DNA from: the human T2T-CHM13v2.0 reference genome, Homo sapiens
Strand: one strand, 5' to 3'
Assembly: GCF_009914755.1 (NCBI RefSeq)
Contig: NC_060927.1
DNA length: 64,000 bases
Made by a program: the position numbers and the translations under genes. Within the stretch, counting starts at the first letter, position 1; each line of letters opens with the position of its first letter. Below the pieces are notes generated by a model. The model had not been told where the DNA came from. It saw nothing but the letters and a program-made list of their open reading frames with translations, and did not search any database. Below, one piece after another: positions 28,925 through 40,012 of this stretch.

Positions 28925-31170
28925 ACTCACACCTTCTCACATAGGATGTCTAGCCCTCTCGGCAGAGGATCAACTTTGTCCAGAGGTGGAGCAGAGTCCT
29001 TGGACAGAGGAAGAAAATGAAATGATAGTCCAACCCCCACTCTTTAAAGGTAGTTTCTCTCCCACTTTTTAATAGACGATTAAAGTGAGGCGAAAAGCGG
29101 GAAAGCAACACTTGTTCTCGATCATAGAGAGTTGGGAGGCAGCTGAGGCCAGACCCGAGGCCTCCTAGGGCGACACTCTCCTTCCCAAGCCCAGAAGAAG
29201 AGGTACCAACCCTGTGTCCAGCTGGCCGAGTCCCATTTGCTGGGCTGGACCCGTGGCCCCTTCCGTATTGCAGCGGCCGGCGGCGCAGCGAAACTGGTCC
29301 TCTGGGGGCCTCCGAGGGCCCCTGCTGGGAGAGTGGGGTCTGGTGGTCGGGAGGGATGAAGGGAGCAGGGGTGGGAGGGAGAGGGGAGCAGCTGCCCGCC
29401 CGCCCGCCCCAAGGAACCGAGGCTCGCAGGAGTCCTACCTCAAGGCGGCCAACAGGGGGCAGCCGGCACCGCACCGCGGGGAAGAAAAGGCCGCGGGGAT
29501 GGCTCCGAGTTCTGCGCGCATAGTGCTAACCCCTTGAGCACCGGAGCGCACGGGGGAGGGGAGGAGAAGACAGGGGACTCTTGGGCCGGGCCTCCTGGGG
29601 AGGGTCTTCCGTTGAGAGGGTCGGGGGGTGGAGGAGACGAAGGCTACTACGTCCTGGACCCGAGAACAACTCCCCTACACACACAAACACACACGCACAC
29701 ACACGCAGCCAAGGATCCACACACTCGGACACACACACATTTGTCGGCCCGCGGTTCGCTGCGCACTCTCCGCATTGCCCCCTCGAAACTCCCCTGGCAG
29801 AGTCTGTCTAGAAACTAAATCTGGCTGGTTCGGCAGTGAATGTGCGAAGGTTGGCTGGGGGGAGGGCAGGGGCTGAGGAGGTGCGACCTCACCGCAAGGC
29901 CCAAGTTACTTCCAAACAGCGAATTACCCATTTAAAGAGAGAAGAGAGAAAAGAGAGGCGAGAGAGGAGAAGGGGCCTCGATACCAGACAGGGATTAGAA
30001 AGTCAAACAGGGCCGTGGGGTCTCCAGACTTGAAGTTTTTTGTTGTTGTTTTTTTTAACTTTTTGGGGGGAAGAGGGGTTATTTGCTTCCAGGAAACATC
30101 TTAATTTCAATTCTAACCTTATTTTCTAAGAAACTTAAAATGGGAAAGACCAGAAAAATGGAAATAGGAATCGAAGCTTGGAGGACAGACAAGAAAAATT
30201 GTTTAGAAAATAAAAACTTATGTTGCAGGAAGAAACGTTAACTTTTCGTAAAAGTGAACTCTCAGTGACCCTCGGAGTGTGTGATTCGGCTTTAACATAC
30301 AACTGACAATTAAAACAAACAAGAGTTCGCAAACTGGCCCCCGCCTGCTCTCCCAAAGCGGAGGCCCAAGTGTTTTCTAAAGGACAAGGCGGACTCCGCT
30401 CAGGGGGCCGGGGAGCGCTGTCCCGGAGTACGGGATTACAGCCACTACCACCACAACTCCCCGCCCCCACCACTGCTGCAAAGTGCCTGAGCTCACCCAG
30501 TGGCGGCTAATAATGCTAATAACGCGACCCCGCTCCCCGCGCCGGGGTGCGCGCTGGCCCCCCGCCAGGCACTCTTAAAGGCAAAGGGGCCTGAAGCGCT
30601 CGAGTTACTCGGCCAAGGCAAGCCTACAATCTGGCCTCCGTCGGTGCGGGGGGGTGTCGGGGAAGGTGTACGCCGCTCTGGAGTAGTTGGCCCCTAGTTC
30701 CTCTGCGGGTTCTCTCAACCAAGGAGTCCCTTTCCCCATCCCGAGCCCCGGCCACACACCGTCCCGGTGCCCGCGCAGTGGGCGCTTGGTAAATATTTGT
30801 TGAATTGAATCATTATCCTGTTACTGAAATATACATAGTAAATTACACTCGATGTTCTCAGAGCAAAAGGAAAGTCGTCAGTGAACCGCACTCAGTTTGT
30901 CTACTATCGCTCTTCCCCACTTTTTCTCAAAAATCAAAATGGTTTGCAGAACGGGTGGTGCGACCAGAAGTGATCTCCTGGGACACTGAGGCAGTGCGCC
31001 CGGCGTGGAGGGCGAAGGGGTAGGGGTTCCTGCCAGCGACGCTGGAGTTCCAGCTTCTTCAGGCGGTTGGGGAAATGGAGGGATAGGAAGAGGCGAAGGG
31101 AACTCAGTTAACTTCCAACAGGGGGTGGGGGGAAGTAAAGAAAAAAAGTGGCAGCGCACTGAACACCTAC

Positions 31171-31176
31171 CTTCAT
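31171..31176 (-). CDS. WNT5A: WNT5A exon 1a coding part (Met-Lys)
   Basis: Minus strand reads GCC ATG AAG|GTAGGT. The phase-0 join to exon 2 gives the known N-terminus [11 protein letters not shown]. Confidence 0.95.
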
Positions 31177-31510
31177 GGCGAGGGGGAGGGGGCGCGGGGA
31201 GGAAGTCGCCACCCGAGCGAGCGCAGCCGAGGAATCCGAGCGGAGCGACCGGGTTAAGCCTGGGGGGACGGTCAGGAGCAGGGCTGCGGAGTCCTCCGGC
31301 GCGCGTCCGGCGGGCGCAGTGAACCGGAGCTGAAGCGGGCACTGGCGCCCGGGCCTGGACTCCCGAGTTGGGGCAGAGCTGGGATGCGCCCAGGAATGGA
31401 GGGGGCGCGGACGCGCGCGAGCCGGCAGCAAGGGCAGGGCCTGGTCGGGGCGCAACTAGGGAGCCGCCGGTCCGGCGAGGGCGCGCAGGCAACTGTTCCA
31501 CGGAGAGGCG
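31177..31510 (-). other. WNT5A: WNT5A exon 1a 5'UTR (TSS approximate)
   Basis: GC-rich sequence upstream of the ATG inside the CpG island. The TSS cannot be fixed from sequence alone. Confidence 0.6.
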
Positions 31511-31899
31511 CTCCGTTTCCAACGTCCATCAGCGACGGCGGTAATTAGGGCTTTCCAACCCCAAATGTGGGCGTGATTGTGCAAAAGACCTTACGACAAA
31601 TAATAATAAAAAGAAATTCTTCACAAGAGGGTGAAAAAAATGTACCACTACTCAACTGTGGCCCGGGGCGGGGGAAGGGGGGCGATCTGTGCGCCCAGGT
31701 GCCCCCAGTTCATTCACACCACAGATTCTGCAAACTCTTGGCGGCTCACGCCTCCTGATCTCCAGCTCCTCCTCTCTGGGTCTGTAGCCGAAACGTCTGC
31801 TTCCAGACGCTGATCCTGCAGCCGCGAGTTAGTGTGGACGTCTCTGTACACACACAGACACACACCCCAACACACACACCCCCGCTGCAGCTTTGGGGC

Positions 31900-32640
31900 C
31901 ACAGAACAATCAGGCGCGCATGGCTTTTTCTCCGGGAGATGCCGCTGAAAACGCACAAGTCGCCATCTGAGCTGCAAGAGTCAGCCCCAAATTGTGTCCT
32001 TTCATTTTAGGGTTCGGCAAAAACGGGGAGCAAAATAGGTGAAAGTCGCCCCGGAACTTATTGCTGTGCGGTGAGCTGGAGGGGTGCGACTAACCCAGGG
32101 GAGACGCGGGCTCCCCCCCCCCACCACGTATCCCGTTCTTTCTCTCTTCGGGTTGATCTCTCTTTTCCCCGTTTTTCCAGGGCGAAGGGCGAAGAGCAGC
32201 GAGTGCACCGCGGGCGCGAGGCTGGGGAAGGGCGAGAGCTCGGAGCTCCGCGGCGGCGACTCAGCTCCGGCGGTCCATGGCCGGCGAAGCTGCCCACCTC
32301 CTCGTTTGGCGCCCGGGTCCGAGGGGCGGGAGAGCGGGCCGGCGGGAGGCGGGCGGTCCCGGGCACAACGGCGGCGGCGGAAGGGCTCGCTGGGCAGCTG
32401 CCGCACGGACCCCGGCTCTGGGCGGCGGAGGCGGCTCCGTGGAGCTCGCAGCAGATTTCCACGCGATCCTGTGCCCCGCAAACAGACTGACCGACCGCGG
32501 GGACGCGTCCCCCCCTCCCACCCCCCAGCCCTTCTGGCCAACTGCCTTACTCTCTCCCTCCCTCTCTCCAGACTCCTCTTTCCCCTGGTGTTCTCAGAAG
32601 GAAGAAAAAAAAAAAAAGAAAGAAAGAAAGAAAGAAAAAA
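31900..32640 (+). ncRNA. WNT5A-AS1: Probable WNT5A-AS1 divergent lncRNA region
   Basis: Position recalled from annotation (head-to-head with WNT5A in the CpG island). Boundaries are not derivable from sequence. Confidence 0.35.
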
Positions 32641-33471
32641 GTTCTTTAAAGTTTCAGAACTAGGGGCGGCTGGAAAGAGAGAGGGAAGGGGGGGGAAGAA
32701 AGAAAAAAACTCAACTTTGCTATGCGCATGCGTGGTGAGGCCGGCCTATGACAAACTCTGCAGGATTTTAAAGCCGTACTACGGGCTGGGGTGCCGGGAG
32801 GCGGGGTACACTCTCCTTGTCTCCCCTTCTCTAAGTTCCCCATCCCCCGCGGCATCTGCTGAAAGAGAGAGGTCCACTCCGCAGCCGCTGCCTGCCTGCC
32901 GCCTGGTTGTCTGCGCTCCTTCCAGAGCCACCGACCGGCGGGAGGCTGAACCCCAACTTCCCCGCCTGGACCCCTTGGCTCGCCCGCGTATCCCAGACCG
33001 CTCCCACTGGGGCTCCACGGAGACTGCTGCCTTGACATGGAACCTCATGGGGGACCTCCTCATTCTTACCTCTGGGGGAGGATACTTAAGCACTGGGGCT
33101 GACGGATAGGGTTAGGCGCTCACCTCCTGCAAAGTCCCCAGAGTAGTAGGGACTTGGGTAGTGGGATGCATGATTGCTCATCTGGCTCCGGCCCAGAGCA
33201 TCCAGGCGCGATGCGTGGTCCTGCCACGGAGATCTTGGCGGGTGCCCTCAGGTGAGGAGATTGCGAAGTTTGGCAAAACCGGGTTCCGGGCACCGGAATT
33301 TCTAGACGCTTCCAGATGCCCGTGGTTTTGGGGACTCCGGAGGGGCAGGGTTGGTGGATTTGTGTCCGCTACCTCCAGCACGCCGAGGGCCCCACCCCAC
33401 AAACAGTGCCTCACACTGGAGCGTAATAGTTATTTTCCGCCGTCTGCATTCTCCAGCTGTCAAAGGTGAAG

Positions 33472-33473
33472 AC

Positions 33474-33524
<51 letters not shown>
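33472..33524. repeat. (CA)n(CG)4(CA)n alternating purine-pyrimidine repeat
   Basis: Read directly from sequence. Confidence 0.95.
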
Positions 33525-33527
<3 letters not shown>

Positions 33528-36500
33528 TTCAATTTTCTCCGTCCATTGGCATGCACTTGACCTTAAGGCGAAAAATCCGTGGCCTAGGTGTTTTGGTGTG
33601 GTGGCTGTTTTGTTTTGTTCCTCCAGTCCTCCCCCACCTCCACCCCCACACCCCAGAGGGCGCAGGCCCAGGCTCCAGCGATGCCGTTCCACCCTCCACA
33701 GCCCCTTCCCATTCCTTAATTTTCCTAGCCGACTGGACCCTTCCCCAGCCCTGGCCTCCTTCCTGGCGCGCAAAGATGGCAGTGTGAACTTCCCACCAAG
33801 TGCCAGAGACAGATGCTCCTGCTTAGCACCTCCCGCCTCCCACCAACTTGCTTTCTTTCCCCCAGGGCGTGTGCGGCCTTAAGGAGAGGGAATCCAAGGT
33901 TCTCAAAGCTCCCCTTGGGACATCTCCCCTTTACCTCCTGAGTCTCCATTCCTCTAACCTTCTCCTCTGTAAACCTTGACCACTTCCCGACCTGTGGGCA
34001 TTTTACAGTCTTCGAATCTAACCTGAGATCTGCCCACCTGAGGAGGGTGTCTGAAAAAGAGCGTCTCCGCCCGGCAAATCGCCCCCAGGCTGCGTCCCTC
34101 CGCCCTTCCCCCTCTCCCTTGCCGTTCTGCCCAGTGGCCGCAGACTGAGATTCCCTGGCTGCGGGAGAGCATGTGCCTCCTAGGCAGACACTCCAGCCCC
34201 GCCCCGCGGGCAGGGATCTCCGGGACCCACCTTACGTGCAGCAGCTCCAAGAAGTGGCAGGATATGAGCTGACTATGAAAGGGGCTGCCAAAGGGCGCTC
34301 CCGAAGAATGGAGAAACTAGCATCCCAGTGTCCCAGAGTCCAAGGCAGTTCGTGTAGAGGATCCTATTCTATGAAGAAAAGGGCCGTTAACCTGGGCATT
34401 TCCTCCACACATACAGCCAGTCTAGAAATACTGGCTACCCAACCACAAACCTTTATTTTTTAATGGCTATTTTCTGAGTTATCTGGATAATCACCTGCTT
34501 CTCTCCAATTGCCTTTGCTTGTATAGACACAGCCCAAACAGTGCTATTTCCTGTTCTGCAGTCTTTCCTCTAGTGGAAGTCGGTGTTGGTTAGTGGTTAA
34601 GAGTGCCAGCTGTGGAATCTGGAGTTCCAGTCCCTGCCCTGCCACTTTCCAGCTGTCACACCTTGTCTAGCCTCTCAGCCAGCACTTCAGAACCCTCTTA
34701 CACACAACAACAGCAACAACAGCAGCAAGCAGAAATTTCATGATCTACCTTGCAGAAATGCATTGAGAATGAAATGAGATGAGCTTGAAAATCAGGGCAG
34801 TACTGAGAATGAAACACGATATCTAGGAATGCTCTTAGCATGGGTCAGGCCCTTACCTGGCACTCAATGCCTGCTCTTCTAGAAAAAAAGCAGCTCTGAA
34901 AACAGAGGTTTTCAAACTCCTGTGGTGGTAAAACTGGACCTCACATGACAAGACATAATCTTGATTTATTCCACTTGCTAGGAATACTCTTCACTGAATG
35001 AATACAAATGCATTTGGTTACTGGGTATTTCCCCAGACCTCACTGGGCTGCTTGCAAATTAATAGCAATATGCCCCATTTTATTTTCCCAAAATTTCCAA
35101 CAAAACCGTCTAGTCCCAAGGACTTCAGATAAAGAGTTGTTTTATCTGATAATATTAATAATTAGTGTGCTGAGATTATGCCCCAGGAGCAATAAGCCTC
35201 ATGTCAGCAGGACCTCATCTGCGGTTTTCATGGCTGGAACCCCAGTCCTCAGAACAATGCCTGGCACTTAGTAGGTGCTTAGAAGTAACAACCACACGAA
35301 TGGGCGAATGGATGAAAGAATTATTTCAGAGGACGGTGTTAAGGAGAACCAACTTGAAATCCCTTTTGACCCTTCAATAGTGGGTAGGGGTGGGGACTGC
35401 CTTAGAAAGCCAGGCTCAGTTGTAAGCACCAGTCCCATGATGGTGTTGATTGGTTTGGCTGGGAAATGAGCAGACAGTTGGAAGGAGAGAAACCAATGCC
35501 TCTCCATCTGTGAGGGTTCATGTTCGACAGACCTCCAGTTTGTGGAACTTCATGTTTCCCCTTGCAAACCGTGTGTGCATTTGGGTGTGTGCCTCAGATT
35601 GAGTCATCCGAAGATATACTGGCAAGGCATCACCACACTCTGCTCATTAAAAATGCTTCTGAATCTGTGGAACAAATAAATCAATATTTTTGGCTGCTCT
35701 CCCAACCGGATTATTCACAAAGCAGAGTGCAAGATAAGGAATTTATGAACGACTGCATCCCTGTGCCGCCTTTCCCAGCAGGGGAAAGCAGGGCCTGGGT
35801 TGTCATTCTGGGAAAATCTACCCCCCTTTTATGCCCAGCAAATAATATTTTATGGCCCTGGGTTTATGGTGGTGTTTTAATGATCTGCTGTAGAAAGCGG
35901 TTTTCTCTCCAGTCACTAGAATTTGTCAAGAAAGCCTGGAGGCCATAAAAGAGGGATGGGCCCCAGGGGCAAACAGGCTCCATCTTCTGAAATAAACTAA
36001 TAAAGAGCCCCAAGATGTTTACTCCTTCACCTCAGAGTCAAGACCAGCAGGGCTGTGTGAGCAGGGCCACAGATGGAGCCCTAAAGAAGACAAAGAGGCC
36101 GGAAAGGGGTCGGGGGCTTCCTCACAACCACATGGCCACCGTCAAAGTAATACCATCGCTTTGTGCTGCCACTGGCCTGTGGGGGGCAAAGGCTCCTTTG
36201 AAATTAGAGGACATTTTTGGATTCTGGGTTGACTCCAGGAGGCTCTTTGAGACTCTCAAGCTCTCCTTGCACTGATCACTCACTATGCCCTCCTAACTTA
36301 CTTATGTGTTATATGCCAATTATCCCAGCACCATTTGTTGAATAGGGTGTCCTTTCCTTATATAACACTTATGTGTTATGTGTTATATGTTATATTGACT
36401 ATGACCATTTCATAGTCAATGGTGCTTTGGGGGGGGGGCACTAAATGGATGCTTTAATTTTGTTTCATTTTAGGGAACCTGTGGGTCAGATGGATGTGAG

Positions 36501-38702
36501 TCTGAATCCCAGCTCTGCCTTTTGCTGACTGAGTGACCCTGTAGTGGTCACCTACCCTTTTGAGCCTCAATTTTCTCACCTCTACAGTGGAGATAGGAAA
36601 CAAATATATTAGGATTGTTCTCATAATTGAGATAATGTACAAAAGACCTTGGTCCAGCTCTGCCTATGGAGATAGCTTGATGAATGGCAGCTACTGTGAT
36701 TATTTCTGCACTGTAAATGTCTGTTCCTGGGTCCCCTGGTGGAATCTGGAGAAAAACGAGGAGCCTGAGGAGAGTAGAGGTAGGGGCTGGGAAGAGGAGA
36801 GGAATGTGGCAATTATAGGATCACCGGCCATGCCTATATGACAGAATTCAACAAAGATGGGGCAGGTATGTGTTGAGATAATAATCGGTAATAAACAATC
36901 ATAATAATTGCTGGCAACACTTACTGAGCTCTATGTGCCAGATGCTAGCCCTGTCTAAACTCTTTACATTCATTGCCTTGTTTCATCCTCACTACTTTGT
37001 GAGATAGATCGTATTATTATCTGCATTGTGGAGAAAAGGAAGGTTCAAAGAGGTCCTGATTTTGATAAAACCAAGCTGTTTTAGGAGTTGCGAATCCTGA
37101 CACCTTCTGATTTCACTCCACTGAACACCAGACGTGCACACAACCAGATTCAGCCACATCAGGAACGCCTGATTCAAGCTCAGCTCAATGGAACTGTCAA
37201 AGATTTGTTCTTATTTCATTAACTGGCTGGCTTTGACGTCTCTGCTTTTGCCCCGCCACCATCAAGAACGACACCATCCATACTCAGCAATTTACCTTGA
37301 ATTCTTACCTTGTATTGGGCAGTGCCCTGGGAATTCCCTTCTCTCTGGAAAGAGCTTGTTATCCCCAAAGGAATGAATGAGGGCCTGAGGGCTGTCTCTC
37401 CCCAGTGCTGCTCAGGTCATGTCACATCTCTGCTTAAAGCCCTTCAGAGGCTCCCCAGAGTTTATCAGATAAAATCGAAACAAGTTAACCTGGACTTCAG
37501 GATAGCTTCATCCACATGCATCCTTTGTACTTATTCTTCCCTCTGCCTGCAACGCTGTCCCTTCTGACCAGTCACCCTCACTCCCTTGAAGTCACCTCCT
37601 CATTGTACACATCAGTCTCAAAGAAGCTGCTGTCTTTTCCCCATGATTCTCTACTCCCTTGCTTTGTCTGATTGTCTTATCCTGATCTAAAATTATTTTA
37701 TTTACAAGTATATTTGTTTACTTGTCTGTCTTGTTTTCTCTCAATAGAAAATAAGCTCCAGGAGGGCAAGGACCTGGTTGGCCTTGTTCATAGTTGTGAC
37801 ACAAACCCCTACTGACTCACACAGAGAACGTGTTCTAAATAAGTGAATGAAGGAATGATCTTACCTGTGGCCATGCCACTGCTGAGCAAAAGTTTGAACC
37901 CTGGTAATCTGACTTTAAATGTAAGGGACTTAATCACCACACTTTACCTATAAATAAAAACAAAACTATTTTTTAGAAGATATCTCTCTGGTTTCCCATA
38001 TGTGTCCCCACTTTTTCCCTTGGCCTTACCCATATAAGGCTTGCCTTAGTGGAAAGAGTTTAATAAGAGAAATAGTTTTCATCCGAAGAAAGACGGTATC
38101 CCATTTACTCTCCCCTTGTGTCATATTGTTTCTTCTGAAAAGTTGTTTGCTCCTAAGTGGCATGTTTTATGAATGGCAGCTGGTATGTTCAGTCCTGTGA
38201 CACAGCTCAGCATTTTCCATTGCGTATTCTATGTGGCCCGCTGATCATCTACATGCTGGGTTTAGAAGAATATAGATTAACCGGTTCTGGGGAATACAAG
38301 TCCCTTAACTTACATGGAAGAAGCAGACTTTTTTATCAAAGAGATAGGAGAAAATGCTGGGTTTGTATTTTGTTTTATTTTATTTATTTATTTTTGGAAT
38401 TGTCAATATTATATGTCTAAATCTGTGGCATAGGGCTTTGGAAATCTGATTTGACTGTTCTCAATAATTACTTTTGTTCTTAAACAACTCAAACATGGCC
38501 ATACTCCTGGGTATGTATTAATAAAAGCAGGTTTTTAAACTGCTCAGCTAAGTCCATTCTCCGGAAGGGAAATCTAGAAAAGTGGAGTGTTTTCAAAGTT
38601 TTCACATTGAGCATGCTGTGAAAACAGATGGCAGAAATATAAGAGCTCATTAGAAAGCAGCCAGCTAATGCTCAAGTTTGGTCCAAACTGGATTCAAACA
38701 TA

Positions 38703-39058
<356 letters not shown>

Positions 39059-39239
39059 TTAAATAGACCAAATTCATCCCTTCCAGATAAGAAGCAACAA
39101 ACAGTCCTCCTTTCATGGCCACCTGGAAAGCCTACCTGGGGACACATTTGGACAAGTGTTAGACTTTGGCCAAAGAATAAAAGTGCATCCTCAAATCTCA
39201 AGACTACCACATAACATAATTTTTTAAAATTTTTCTATA

Positions 39240-40012
39240 AATAAAATTGATTTATTTTTAATTGACAAAAATTGTACATACATCTGGTGTACAAAACAAT
39301 GTTTTGAAACATGTATACTTTGTGAAAAGCCTAAATCAACTAATTATTATAACATATCCATTACCTCACATACTTGACATTCTTTTGTGATGAGCACATC
39401 GAAAATTTGTAGTCTTAGCAATTTTCAAGTACACAATACCTTGTTATTAACTATAGTCACCATATTATACAATAGATCTTTTGAACTTATTTCTCCTATC
39501 TAACTGAAAATTTGCATCATTTGACCAACATCTCCTTAGACCTCGTCCCTCCCCCTACTTTGGCAACCACCATTCTACTCTTGGCTTCTGTAAGTTCAAC
39601 TTTTTTAGATTTTGTATGTAAGTGAGATCATGCAGCATTTGCCTCTCTGTGCCTGGCTTATTTTACTTAGCATAATCTCCTCTAGGTTCATTCATGTTGT
39701 CTCAAATGATAAGATTTTCTTCTTTTTTAAGACTGAATAGTATTCCATTGTGTATCTATGCCACATTTGCCTTATCAATTCCCATTGATGAACACTTAAG
39801 TTGATTCCATATCTCCATATTCATTGTAATAAATAATGCTGCAATGAACATTTGGGAGTGCAGGTACCTTTTTAATATACTGACCTCATTTCCTTTGAAT
39901 ATATACTTAGAAGTGGAATTACTGGATCATACGGTAGTTTTTAATTTTTAGCTTTCTAAGGAACCTCCATGCTGTTTTTCATAATGGCTGTATTAATTTA
40001 CATTCCCACTGA
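39240..40012 (-). mobile_element. L1 3' end (L1MA-like)
   Basis: L1 3'UTR/ORF2-end hallmarks (gtgagatcatgcag..tgtgcctggcttatttt; gaacctccat..tgttttt cataatggctgta). Confidence 0.85.

Larger units (their letters stand above)
29150..33500. promoter_or_regulatory. CpG island(s), WNT5A promoter A and divergent promoter region
   Basis: Very high GC and CpG density. GC box at ~31664-31674 and kB-like GGGCTTTCC at 31548-31556. Confidence 0.85.

Noticed and set aside
32084-33109. 341-aa plus-strand ORF, and other long ORFs at 26-33 kb
   Set aside because: Low-complexity Arg/Gly/Pro/Ala products expected in stop-poor CpG islands. No recognisable domain.
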